A stretch of DNA of 64,000 nucleotides. Origin: Pseudomonadota bacterium. Lineage in GTDB: Bacteria > Pseudomonadota > Gammaproteobacteria > Xanthomonadales > Rhodanobacteraceae. The position numbers were made by a program, and so were the translations under genes. A model generated the notes under the pieces. That model searched no databases. It was given only the letters and a program-made list of their open reading frames with translations, and had not been told where the DNA came from. Positions 44,633-53,851 of the stretch are shown here, one piece after another. The stretch is from contig JAJXWZ010000197.1 of NCBI GenBank assembly GCA_021781345.1, positions 1,963 through 65,962 of the forward strand. Reading direction: 5' to 3'. Within the stretch, counting starts at the first letter, position 1. Each line of letters starts with the position of its first letter.

Positions 44633-45663
44633 GCGATGGTGGCCTCGCTGCTGGCGCGGATGATCAGGCGGACGGGGACGATGCCGCGCACGGCGTCGAG
44701 GTCCGGGCGGCGCACGCGTTCGAGGATGCGTTCGGCGGCCTGGCGGCCGCGCGCGCGCGGATCGGCGGCGAGCGTCGTCAATGGCGGCGTGCTGACCGCC
44801 GCTTCGGGTATGTCGTCGAAGCCGGTGACCGCGAAGTCGCGGCCGGGCTTGAGGCCGCGCGCGGCCAGGCCCAGCATGAGGCCCAGCGCGACCGCATCGT
44901 TGTAGCAGACTGCCGCAGTCGGCGCGGGCTCGCGCATGAACAGCGCGCCGATGCGCGCGGCGGCGTCGAGTCGGGTCGGCGCGGTCTCGATCATCCACTC
45001 CGGTTCCGGCCGGACGCCGGCCGCTTCGAGCGCTTCGGTGTATCCGCGGCGCCGCTCGCGGCAGGAACTGGAGTCGGCATGGCCTCCGAAGAACGCGATC
45101 CGTCGGTGTCCGTGGTCCAGCAAATGACGGGTCGCGAGGCCTGCGCCGCGGCGGTTGTCCAGCGCCAGGTAGTCCCAGTGCGAGGCCGACCAGCGCGCGT
45201 GTGCGGGCTCGCGATTGAACACCAGCACTGGCAGGCGGTGGCCGAGCACGTCGCGCAGGTCTCCGCCGTCGCTGCCTTCCGCCGGCGACAGGATGATGCC
45301 CGCCGGATCGTGCTCCATCATCGAGGCCAGCACGCGCTGCTGGCGTTCCGGCGATTCGCCTGTGCCACCCAGCAGGGTCACGTAGCCGGCGGCACCGAGG
45401 GTGTCGTCGACCCCGGCGGCGAACTCGGCGAAGAACGGGTTGGACAGGTCGTTGACCACGAGCGCCACGCTGGACGAACGGCGTTGGCGCAGGTTCGCGG
45501 CGGCGCGGTTGTACACGTACCCCTGACGCTTCAGCTCGGCCTCGACCTTGGCGCGGGTCTTGGCAGCCGGCAACGGACTGCCGCGCAGTACCAGCGAGAC
45601 GGTGGCCCGCGAGAAGCCGCAGCCGCGCGCGATGTCGGTCAGGGTGACGCGGCGTGCGCTCAT
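44629..45663 (-). CDS. LacI-family transcriptional regulator
   Basis: ATG 45663 is the last 344 codons of the 1169-aa minus ORF. It has the N-terminal HTH VTLTDIARGCGFSRATVSLVLRG and a periplasmic-binding-protein-like core. ATGA overlap with the transporter gene. Confidence 0.88.
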   Translation of the reverse strand: MSARRVTLTDIARGCGFSRATVSLVLRGSPLPAAKTRAKVEAELKRQGYVYNRAAANLRQRRSSSVALVVNDLSNPFFAEFAAGVDDTLGAAGYVTLLGGTGESPERQQRVLASMMEHDPAGIILSPAEGSDGGDLRDVLGHRLPVLVFNREPAHARWSASHWDYLALDNRRGAGLATRHLLDHGHRRIAFFGGHADSSSCRERRRGYTEALEAAGVRPEPEWMIETAPTRLDAAARIGALFMREPAPTAAVCYNDAVALGLMLGLAARGLKPGRDFAVTGFDDIPEAAVSTPPLTTLAADPRARGRQAAERILERVRRPDLDAVRGIVPVRLIIRASSEATIA

Positions 45664-45730
45664 CGGCAAATGACGAGGTCGGTGCCGCCGGGCAGGACCG
45701 TGGGCATGGCGCGGGGATAATCCAGGACGT

Positions 45731-45746
45731 ATTTGGAACGATCCAA
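45731..45746. promoter_or_regulatory. Putative LacI-type operator O1 (ATTTGGAACGATCCAA)
   Basis: An exact 16-mer shared with 45831..45846. It contains the 14-bp near-palindrome TTGGAAC|GATCCAA with a central CG. It lies 68 bp upstream of the LacI start, in the divergent LacI/GH92 intergenic region. Confidence 0.5.
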
Positions 45747-45830
45747 TTCGTGCATGATGCCTGCCGCCGGCGGTCTGCGCATTCTGCAGCGCAGCATGCA
45801 TCCGGTAACGACTCGTGCTAGTTTTCCGCC

Positions 45831-45846
45831 ATTTGGAACGATCCAA
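45831..45846. promoter_or_regulatory. Putative LacI-type operator O2 (ATTTGGAACGATCCAA)
   Basis: Second exact copy, exactly 100 bp from O1, ending 12 nt before the GH92 ATG at 45859. Confidence 0.5.
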
Positions 45847-45858
45847 AAAGGGTGCCCC

Positions 45859-48219
45859 ATGTTGATCGCTTCGTCCCGATCTGCGCGCATCGCTCTGGCA
45901 TGCACGCTGCTGTCGACATTGCCCTGCCTGGCGGGTGCAGCCGCGACGCACGCGGCCCGGCCGGGCGAAAGTGCATGGCAACAGGTGGATCCGATGATCG
46001 GCACCGGCGGTGGTGGCCATACGTTTCCCGGTGCCACGGTTCCTTTCGGGATGATCCAGCTCAGCCCCGACACCGCCATGCCCTACTTCAAGCACGCCTA
46101 CAAGTGGGCGGCGGGTTACCAGTACGGCGACCACAGCATCCTCGGTTTTTCCGAGACGCATTTTTCGGGCAGTGGCCATTCCGACCTGGGCGACGTGCTG
46201 CTGATGCCGGGCACGGGCACGATCCAGCTCGATCCCGGCGACCCCGACAAGCCTGGCAGCGGCTACCGCTCGGATTTCAGTCACGCGACCGAGGTGGCGC
46301 AGCCCGGTTACTACGCGGTCACGCTGGCGACCCCCGGCGTGCGGGTGGAGTTGACCGCGGGGAGGCGCGTCGGCTGGCATCGCTACACCTTCCCGAAGGG
46401 CGAGGATGCCCACGTGCTGCTGGACCTGCGACCGAGCATCTACGACTACCCGGGCAAGGTGTTGTGGGCACGCCTGCGCGTGCGGGCGGACGGCACGGTT
46501 ACCGGCTATCGCGAAACGCGCGGTTGGGCCCCCGGGCGGCAACTGTATTTCGCGATGCGGTTTTCGCGGCCGATGACTTCGCACCAACTGGTGGATCGCG
46601 AAACCGATATCCCGTACAAGGGCTTCAAGGGACCGGCCCCCAACCCGACTGGCGTGGACGCGATCGCGGGCAAGCAACTGGAAGGCGTGTTCGAGTTCGG
46701 CAAGCTGTCCAGGCCACTGCTGGCGAAGGTGGCGATCTCCACCGTGAGCGAGGACAACGCGATCGCCAACCTCGATGCCGACGGCAAGGGCTGGGATTTC
46801 GATGCGCGCCGCGCCGAAGCGCGGCAAGCCTGGGAAACGGCGTTCTCGGCGATCGACGTCGACGCGCCGGCCTACGTCGAGAAGAGCTTCTACGCCGCGA
46901 TGTACCACGCGCTGATCGCGCCGAACATCGCGATGGACGTGAACGGCGAGTACCGAGGTCCGGATTACGCGGTGCATACCGCCAAGGACTTCACGTTCTA
47001 TTCGAGCTGGTCGCTGTGGGACGTTTATCGCGCCGAGATGCCGCTGATGGCCTTCATCCAGCCGCCGCAACGCATCAACGATTTCGTGAATTCGCTGATC
47101 GCCGCGCAGCAGGACAGCCCGTACGGCATCCTCCCGGTGTGGGCCTATCAGGGCCTGGAAACCTGGTGCATGATCGGTTACCACGCGGTGTCGGTGATCG
47201 CCAACGCCTACATGCAGGGCTTCCGCGGCTTCGATGCGAAAGCCGCGCTGAAGGCGATGCTGGCAAGCGCGACCTACGCGCCCTACGGCGATCTTCGCGA
47301 CTACATGAAGCTCGGCTACGTGCCGATCGACCGTGAACCGGAAGCCGCCTCGAAAACCGTTGAATACGCGTTCGACGACTGGACGCTGGCGCAGATGGCC
47401 CAGTCGCTGGGCGACAAGGACATCGCCAGGGCTTTCTTCAAGCGCGCGGGAAACTGGCGCAACGTGTTCGATGCCAAGACCGGCTTCATCCGGGCGAAGA
47501 AGAGCGACGGCACCTTCCGTACGCCATTCGACCCTGCAGCGGCGGGCTACGGCAGCGACTACACCGAGGGCAACGCCTGGCAATATTCGTGGTACGAGCC
47601 GCAGGACATCGGCGGCCTGATCCGTGAACTGGGCGGTGACGACAAGCTGGTGGCCAAGCTCGATGCGTTGTTCGACGCCAAGGTCGACCCGAAGGAATTC
47701 GCCAACGTCGAAGACATTTCCGGGTTGATCGGCTACTACGCGCACGGCAACGAGCCCAGCCACCACATCGCCTACCTGTACGACTACGCGGGCGAGCCGT
47801 GGAAAACCCAGCAACGCCTGCAGCAGATCATGGACAGCGAGTACGCGCCCACGCCGACCGGGCTGGTCGGCAACGATGACCTCGGACAGATGTCGGCGTG
47901 GTACATCTTCACCGCGCTGGGTTTTTATCCGGTCGCGCCGGCCAGCAACCAGTACGTGATCGGGCGCCCGTTCGTGCGCCGCGCGGTGATGCACCTGCCG
48001 AATGGCAAGACCTTCACGATCAGCGCCGACGGCCTGGACAAGCAGCATCCGTACATCGGCTCGGTGACGCTGGATGGCAAGCCGCTCAGGAGCGATTACC
48101 TGACCTACGTCGACATCACGCGCGGCGGCACGCTGCATTTCACGATGCAGGCACAGCCAAACAGGACCTGGGCGACATCGCCGAAGGACCGGCCGTATTC
48201 GATGACGGCATATCCCTAG
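45859..48219 (+). CDS. Glycoside hydrolase family 92 alpha-mannosidase, secreted
   Basis: ATG 45859 (MLIASSRSARIALACTLL, signal peptide) inside ORF 45733..48219. GH92 signature blocks are VDPMIGTGGGGHTFPGATVPFGMIQLSPDT, FSETHFSGSG and GNDDLGQMSAWYIF. Confidence 0.9.
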   Translation: MLIASSRSARIALACTLLSTLPCLAGAAATHAARPGESAWQQVDPMIGTGGGGHTFPGATVPFGMIQLSPDTAMPYFKHAYKWAAGYQYGDHSILGFSETHFSGSGHSDLGDVLLMPGTGTIQLDPGDPDKPGSGYRSDFSHATEVAQPGYYAVTLATPGVRVELTAGRRVGWHRYTFPKGEDAHVLLDLRPSIYDYPGKVLWARLRVRADGTVTGYRETRGWAPGRQLYFAMRFSRPMTSHQLVDRETDIPYKGFKGPAPNPTGVDAIAGKQLEGVFEFGKLSRPLLAKVAISTVSEDNAIANLDADGKGWDFDARRAEARQAWETAFSAIDVDAPAYVEKSFYAAMYHALIAPNIAMDVNGEYRGPDYAVHTAKDFTFYSSWSLWDVYRAEMPLMAFIQPPQRINDFVNSLIAAQQDSPYGILPVWAYQGLETWCMIGYHAVSVIANAYMQGFRGFDAKAALKAMLASATYAPYGDLRDYMKLGYVPIDREPEAASKTVEYAFDDWTLAQMAQSLGDKDIARAFFKRAGNWRNVFDAKTGFIRAKKSDGTFRTPFDPAAAGYGSDYTEGNAWQYSWYEPQDIGGLIRELGGDDKLVAKLDALFDAKVDPKEFANVEDISGLIGYYAHGNEPSHHIAYLYDYAGEPWKTQQRLQQIMDSEYAPTPTGLVGNDDLGQMSAWYIFTALGFYPVAPASNQYVIGRPFVRRAVMHLPNGKTFTISADGLDKQHPYIGSVTLDGKPLRSDYLTYVDITRGGTLHFTMQAQPNRTWATSPKDRPYSMTAYP

Positions 48220-48381
48220 CGGCGGGTGTCGATACGCGGGAAGTCGTTGAAGGACCGTCGCGAGCGAAGGCGGATTGCGTGACGCCGGAGCGGAGCTAGC
48301 GGAGCGGACAGGTCGTACGTGAACATTGCGAGCACCGCCGGCGCGTAATCTGCCAGGCGCAGCAGGGAATTCAGCGGCTTC

Positions 48382-49758
48382 TCAGTCGATGCCGAGTTTC
48401 TTCAACTTGTAGCGCAGCGCGCGGAAGGTGATGCCGAGCTTCTTGGCGGCCGCGGTCTTGTTGTAGCGGGTTTCCTTCAGCACCTTGACGATGGTTTCGC
48501 GCTCGATGTTGGAGATGTAGTCGTCGAGGCCGACGGCGCCGTTGCCGGCCGGGGCTGGCTCATCGGCTTCCTCCTCGTCGAGATCGGCGTCGTCCGCCTC
48601 GATCCCGGAAGGTTCCAGCATCAGGTCGGGCGGATCGATCAGGCCGCCTTCGCACAGTGCGATCGCGCGCTCCAGCACGTTCTCGAGTTCCCGCACGTTG
48701 CCGGGAAAATCGTACTCGGTGAGTGCCTGCAGCGCGGCCGGCTGCAGGGTCGGCATGGCAATGCCCGCCTGTTCGGCGAGGCGCTTGAGAATGTGCCTGG
48801 CCAGCACCGCGACGTCGCCGTCGCGTTCGCGCAGCGGCGGAACGCGCAGTTCGATCACGTTGATGCGGTAGTACAGGTCCTGGCGGAAATGGCCGGCCTG
48901 GACCAGTCGCGCGAGATCCTTGTGCGTGGCCGACAGGATGCGCACGTCCACCGGAACCTCGCCGCGGCCGCCGATCGGGCGCACGGCCTTTTCCTGGATC
49001 ACGCGCAGCAGCTTGACCTGCATGTGCAGCGGCAATTCGGCGACCTCGTCCAGGAACAGGGTGCCGCCGCTCGCTGTCTGGAACAGGCCCTCCTTGTCGG
49101 CGTGCGCGCCGGTGAACGAGCCCTTCTTGTGGCCGAAGAATTCGCTTTCCATCAACTCGGACGGAATCGCTCCGCAATTGACCGGCACGAACGGTCCCGT
49201 CGCGCGCGGGCCGAGCTCGTGGATGGAACGCGCGACCAGTTCCTTGCCTACCCCGGATTCGCCGCTGATGTAGATGGGCGCCTGGCTGCGCGCGAGCTTG
49301 GCGATGCGCGCGCGCACCTCCTTCATGACCTCTGAGTCACCGACCAGTCGGCTGGCGGCTGCCTGCGCGTCGCCGGTCTCGGCGGCCGACTGGCCCGCTC
49401 GCAGCGCGCTCTGGACCAGCCGGCGCAGCATGTGGATGTCGACCGGCTTGCTGACGAAATCGAACGCGCCGGCCTTCAATGCGTCGACGGCGGCCTCGAC
49501 GTTGCCATAGGCCGTGATCATCGCGACGGGAGTCTCGGGATGGTCCCGGGCGATCAGCTCGATCAGGTCCTGCCCGGTGCCGTCCGGCAGGCGCATGTCC
49601 GTGAAACACAGGTCATAGCGCGTTTCCGCCAGCATCTTCTTCGCGTCGCCGACGTTCGCGGCCGTCTCGACGTCGAGATCCATGCGGCCGAGCGTTATGG
49701 TCAGCAGTTCGCGGATGTCGCGCTCGTCGTCGACGACCAGAACCGTTTGCTTTGCCAT
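48382..49758 (-). CDS. pilR: Sigma-54-dependent response regulator (PilR-like, NtrC family)
   Basis: 458-aa ORF with a receiver domain (VLVVDDERDIRELL...FTDMRLPDG), an AAA+ domain with GESGVGKE and GAFTGA-like KGSFTGA, and a C-terminal Fis-type HTH. It is adjacent to a PilS-like kinase. Confidence 0.8.
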   Translation of the reverse strand: MAKQTVLVVDDERDIRELLTITLGRMDLDVETAANVGDAKKMLAETRYDLCFTDMRLPDGTGQDLIELIARDHPETPVAMITAYGNVEAAVDALKAGAFDFVSKPVDIHMLRRLVQSALRAGQSAAETGDAQAAASRLVGDSEVMKEVRARIAKLARSQAPIYISGESGVGKELVARSIHELGPRATGPFVPVNCGAIPSELMESEFFGHKKGSFTGAHADKEGLFQTASGGTLFLDEVAELPLHMQVKLLRVIQEKAVRPIGGRGEVPVDVRILSATHKDLARLVQAGHFRQDLYYRINVIELRVPPLRERDGDVAVLARHILKRLAEQAGIAMPTLQPAALQALTEYDFPGNVRELENVLERAIALCEGGLIDPPDLMLEPSGIEADDADLDEEEADEPAPAGNGAVGLDDYISNIERETIVKVLKETRYNKTAAAKKLGITFRALRYKLKKLGID

Positions 49759-49840
49759 GCTTCCCCGCCTCGTTTGGCACCCTCTCGGATGAGGTTAGAG
49801 TGCCGTCTGCAAGATTGTCACGCAGGCGGCCCCAACCTGG

Positions 49841-51427
49841 TCATGATTCCTGGCCCACGGGCATGCGCGCCGGCGCGGTCAGGGTGATCCGGAAACAACT
49901 GCCGCCACCGGCGACCGGCACGTATTCGAGGTTGGCCTGGTTGGCTTCGCACATCTGCTTGGCCAGGTACAAGCCGAGCCCGGTACCGTATTCGTGGGTG
50001 GTGAAAAAGGGTTCGAAGATCTGCGCGGCAACCTTGGGCGGAATGCCGGGGCCACGATCGATCACTTCCAGCAGGGGTGGCCCGTTGTCGCTGGCAAGCC
50101 GTGCCACCACCATCACGCGCGCCGGTTCGTCGGGCAGCCGTCCGTAGCGCAGCGCGTTCTGCACCAGGTTCCAGACCACCTGCTGCAGGTGCTGGGAATC
50201 GGCCAGCGCCTCGACCGGGCGCGGATACAGCAACGGTCGCAGGCTGTCGTGGCCGACGTCGTTGGCTTCCTTGTACTCGTCGACGAAACGCACCGCCCAA
50301 TGGTTGAGGTCCAGCGTCTCCGGCCGCGAGCGTTCGCGTCGCGACAACTGCAGGATGTTCTCGATGATTTCGTTCACGCGACCGCAATGGTTGTTGATGA
50401 TCTCGACCATGCGCTGGTCGGCATCGTTGAGGCCTTCGGATTCGGCCAGTAGCTGCGCGGAGTAGCGGATCGCCGCCAGCGGGTTGCGGATTTCGTGGGC
50501 GATCGACGCCGACAAGCGTCCCAGCGTGGTCAGCGTGAGCTGCTCGGCGCGCTGCGACACCAGCGAGGTGTCATCGAGGAAGATCAGTACGAACGAATCA
50601 TCGTGCGCGGACAGGCGCGTGAAGCGCGGGATGATCTCGGGCGTGCCGTCGGCAAGCGCCACGGCACTGGAATCGTGCTCGTGGGTGGTGCGCCAGTGGT
50701 AAAGGCGGCGGGAAAGCTCCGGCGCCAGGGCGCCGAGGTCGCGCTGCTCGACGCCGGGATTGCCCATCAGCATCCACGCCGACTCGTTGATCTGGTGGAT
50801 GTGGTTGGCGTCGTCGACCAGCAGCACGCCGGTGCGCATGCGCCGGATGATCAGGTCGTTGACCTGCGCCAGGTTGGCGAGATCGCTGCCGCGCTGCTCG
50901 GCCAGCGCCTCGCTGGCGCGCATCTGGCTGCCGAGTGCGTAGCACAGGGCGGCCGTTGCGAAATACGCGACCCCGAACAGGCCCGATTCCAGCAGCATGG
51001 CGCCGATGTCGCTCGCCGGTGGGGCGAGCAGGGCTTGCGCGACTATCGCGAGGGTCGCGAACGCCGCGATCAGGCCGCCCATGCGCGGGGTCAGCAGGAG
51101 CGCCGCCGCACCGACATTGATGACCAGCATCGCGGCGATACCGGTATGCGCGGCGGGCATGGTGACCGCGGCGAGGAATGCGGCCAGCACGTCGACGCCC
51201 AGGAAGGCGCGGGTGCTGGCCAGTCCCGTGCGTGGACTGCCGAGGTCGAGCGCAAGAGCGACCACCGCGAACAGCAGGTAAGCCCCTGCGGTGACGCCGG
51301 CGACCAGTGGATTGCGCAGCGGCATCCCGGCGAACACCAGGCTGCTCAGCGACAGCGCCACGTACACCAGCGCCTGGAACATGCGGTAGACGTTCAACAC
51401 GCGCAATTCGCGCCGGATATGGTCCAT
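49841..51427 (-). CDS. pilS: Sensor histidine kinase (PilS-like, six N-terminal TM helices)
   Basis: ORF 49841..51508. Likely start is ATG 51427 (MDHIRRELRVLNVYR), with 51508 as the alternative. It has a multi-TM N-terminus, H-box SASIAHEIRNPL and an HATPase_c domain (TGLGLYLAKQMCEAN). Confidence 0.72.
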   Translation of the reverse strand: MDHIRRELRVLNVYRMFQALVYVALSLSSLVFAGMPLRNPLVAGVTAGAYLLFAVVALALDLGSPRTGLASTRAFLGVDVLAAFLAAVTMPAAHTGIAAMLVINVGAAALLLTPRMGGLIAAFATLAIVAQALLAPPASDIGAMLLESGLFGVAYFATAALCYALGSQMRASEALAEQRGSDLANLAQVNDLIIRRMRTGVLLVDDANHIHQINESAWMLMGNPGVEQRDLGALAPELSRRLYHWRTTHEHDSSAVALADGTPEIIPRFTRLSAHDDSFVLIFLDDTSLVSQRAEQLTLTTLGRLSASIAHEIRNPLAAIRYSAQLLAESEGLNDADQRMVEIINNHCGRVNEIIENILQLSRRERSRPETLDLNHWAVRFVDEYKEANDVGHDSLRPLLYPRPVEALADSQHLQQVVWNLVQNALRYGRLPDEPARVMVVARLASDNGPPLLEVIDRGPGIPPKVAAQIFEPFFTTHEYGTGLGLYLAKQMCEANQANLEYVPVAGGGSCFRITLTAPARMPVGQES

Positions 51428-51588
51428 GGTGCGGCTCGCGCTGGCGTCGGATTTTGCGGGGGTCGTGGTCACCACGCGCCGATCATGCTTCGTGCCGGGC
51501 GTACGCACAAGCCCCGGAGTCGTACGCTCGTGCGGGCCGACGCATTGCGCACGCGCATGTGCCCCCGTAAACTAGCCGGTCCGCGTGT

Positions 51589-51661
51589 GCCGGAATAGCT
51601 CAGCTGGTAGAGCAACGCATTCGTAATGCGTGGGTCGGGGGTTCGATTCCCTCTTCCGGCA
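51589..51661 (+). tRNA. tRNA-Thr (anticodon CGU)
   Basis: Hand-folded cloverleaf. Acceptor stem is GCCGGAA/TTCCGGC. D arm is GCTC-AGCTGGTA-GAGC. Anticodon stem is ACGCA/TGCGT with loop TTCGTAA (CGT at 51622-51624). T arm is GGGGG-TTCGATT-CCCTC. Discriminator is A, and the 3' CCA is not encoded. Confidence 0.88.
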
Positions 51662-51748
51662 TATCCCGCCTGCGCATTCGCGCGCCCGCCTTGTGGCCTG
51701 CCTGCCGGCAGGGTAAGTTTGCGCTTCCACGTCTGCCGGGGAGCGACG

Positions 51749-53851
51749 ATGAAACTTCGCCTTGCTGTCTGCGCGTTCGCGCTGGCCGCCGCAACGGGAG
51801 CCGCCATGTCTGCGCCACATCCCTTCGATGCCCACGATCTCGCGATGATGGATCGTGTCTCGGACCCGCATCTTTCGCCTGATGGCAACGCGGTCGCTTT
51901 CAGCGTCCGCAGCACCGATTGGGACGCCAACAAGGGCGTCAGCAGCGTGTGGCTGCTCGATCTCTCCCGCAAGGACGCCGCGCCGCGGCGGATCACCGAT
52001 CTGAAATTGAACGCCAACAGCCCGTCGTTCTCACCCGACGGCAAGACGCTTTATTTCCTCGCGACCGACAAGGATTCGACGCAACTTTGGTCGGCGCCGG
52101 TCAGGGGCGGCGAACCCGTGCAGGTCACGCATCTGCCGCTGGATGTGGACAACTTCAGGCTTTCGCCGGATGGCAAGTCGCTGCTGTTCTCGGCGCAAAT
52201 GTTCGAGGACTGCACGACCCTGGAATGCACGCGCGAGAAGCTGGATGCGCGCAAGCAGGTCAAGGCCACTGGCCGCCTGTACCACCGCCTGTTCGTGCGG
52301 CACTGGAACGAATGGTCCGACCATCGCCGCGGCCAGTTGTTCGTGATGCCTCTGGACGGCTCGGGCCAGCCGGTGCTGCTGACGCGCGGCATCGACGGCG
52401 ACGTTCCCTCCAAACCGGATGGCAGCAACGCCGAATACGCCTGGTCACCGGACGGCAAGACGGTGTATTTCGACGCGCGCATCGCCGGCAGGACCGAACC
52501 GTGGTCCACCAATTTCGATGTGTACTCGGTCCCGGCCGACGGTTCCGCCGTGCCGAAAAACCTGACCGCGGCGAACAAGGCGTGGGATGCCTTCCCGCTG
52601 CCCTCGCACGACGGCAAGTCGCTTTACTACCTCGCGATGAAGGTGCCGGGTTTCGAGGCCGACCGCTTTGGCATCATGGCGCTCGACCTGGCGACCGGAG
52701 CGACCCGCGAAATCGATCCGGGCTGGGATCGTTCGGCCGGACCGCTGACGCTCTCGGCCGACGGCAAGACGCTGTTCACGACCGTGGCCGACGAAGGCAA
52801 CGTCGCGCTGTACGCCATCGACATCGCCACCGGCAAGCCGACGAAGTTGCTGGGCAATGGCAGCGTCCTGGGCTTCGACGTCTCCGGTGACAAGATCGTC
52901 GCGGCGCGCCAGGATTTCACGCATCCGACCGACCTGTACGCGCTTTCCACGCAGGGGAAGGGCCTCGCGCCAGTCACGCACTTCAATGCGTCGCGCCTGG
53001 CCGACATCGAGTTCTCGCAGGCGCACTGGTTTACCTTCAAGGGCTGGAACGGCGACACCGTGCATGGCTACGCGATGCCCCCGGTGGGTGCCAAGCCGGG
53101 CCACAAGTACCCGGTCGCATTCCTGATCCACGGCGGCCCGCAAGGCGCGTGGCCGGATGAATTCCACTATCGCTGGAATCCTCAAACGTACGCGGGCGCG
53201 GGTTTCGCGGTGGTCGCGATCAACTTCCATGGTTCGGTCGGCTATGGCCAGGCATTCACCGACGCGATTTCCGGGCACTGGGGCGACCGTCCGCTGGAGG
53301 ACCTGCAGAAGGGTTGGGCGGCGGCGCTCGCGAAGTTCCCGTTTCTCGACGGCAACGACGCCTGCGCGCTGGGCGCGAGCTACGGCGGCTACATGGTGTA
53401 CTGGATGGCCGGCGTCTGGAATCAGCCCTGGAAATGCTTCGTGGACCATGACGGCGTGTTCGACGCACGCATGATGTACTACGCCACCGACGAGCTGTGG
53501 TTCGAGGAGCACGAGAACGGCGGTACCCAGTACGAGCATCCGGAGAACTACGAGAAGTTCAACCCGATCGACCACGTCAAGGATTGGCACGTGCCGATGC
53601 TGGTGGTCCACAACAGCCGCGATTACCGCATTCCCGATTCGCAGGGACTCGGCGCGTTCACCGCATTGCAACGGCGCGGCATCCCGAGCGAGTTCCTCAA
53701 CTTCCCGGACGAGGACCACCTGGTGCTGAAGCCGCAGAACAGCGTGCAATGGCACGACGTCGTGATCGACTGGCTGAAAAAGTGGACGGGGCCGGATGCG
53801 CCGGCCGCGCGCAGGGCGGACGCGGATCGGGCAGGCAAGGCGGACGACTGA
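51749..53851 (+). CDS. S9 family serine peptidase (prolyl oligopeptidase / dipeptidyl aminopeptidase-like), secreted
   Basis: ATG 51749 (MKLRLAVCAFALAAATGAA) inside ORF 51626..53851. It has an N-terminal beta-propeller with repeated SPDGK segments and a C-terminal alpha/beta hydrolase domain with the nucleophile motif GASYGGYM. Confidence 0.88.
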   Translation: MKLRLAVCAFALAAATGAAMSAPHPFDAHDLAMMDRVSDPHLSPDGNAVAFSVRSTDWDANKGVSSVWLLDLSRKDAAPRRITDLKLNANSPSFSPDGKTLYFLATDKDSTQLWSAPVRGGEPVQVTHLPLDVDNFRLSPDGKSLLFSAQMFEDCTTLECTREKLDARKQVKATGRLYHRLFVRHWNEWSDHRRGQLFVMPLDGSGQPVLLTRGIDGDVPSKPDGSNAEYAWSPDGKTVYFDARIAGRTEPWSTNFDVYSVPADGSAVPKNLTAANKAWDAFPLPSHDGKSLYYLAMKVPGFEADRFGIMALDLATGATREIDPGWDRSAGPLTLSADGKTLFTTVADEGNVALYAIDIATGKPTKLLGNGSVLGFDVSGDKIVAARQDFTHPTDLYALSTQGKGLAPVTHFNASRLADIEFSQAHWFTFKGWNGDTVHGYAMPPVGAKPGHKYPVAFLIHGGPQGAWPDEFHYRWNPQTYAGAGFAVVAINFHGSVGYGQAFTDAISGHWGDRPLEDLQKGWAAALAKFPFLDGNDACALGASYGGYMVYWMAGVWNQPWKCFVDHDGVFDARMMYYATDELWFEEHENGGTQYEHPENYEKFNPIDHVKDWHVPMLVVHNSRDYRIPDSQGLGAFTALQRRGIPSEFLNFPDEDHLVLKPQNSVQWHDVVIDWLKKWTGPDAPAARRADADRAGKADD

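Noticed and set aside
44629-48138. A 1169-aa minus-strand ORF, the longest in the window
   Set aside because: Only its last 344 codons (from ATG 45663) form a recognisable protein, the LacI regulator. The upstream roughly 825 codons are Arg/Ala/Gly/Pro-rich low-complexity sequence lying exactly antisense to the well-supported GH92 gene. This is a typical high-GC shadow ORF.
48220-48381. Short internal repeat GGAGCGGA…GGAGCGGA (about 48285-48310) between the convergent GH92 and pilR genes, considered as a repeat element or CRISPR-like unit
   Set aside because: There are only two 8-9 nt copies a few nucleotides apart, with no regular spacer structure. This is compatible with chance in GC-rich DNA.
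51589-53851. tRNA-Thr as an integration hotspot for a genomic island
   Set aside because: No integrase, excisionase or phage genes follow the tRNA, and I saw no repeat of the tRNA 3' end downstream. The next genes (S9 peptidase, dxs, ClC) look like ordinary chromosomal genes with normal GC.
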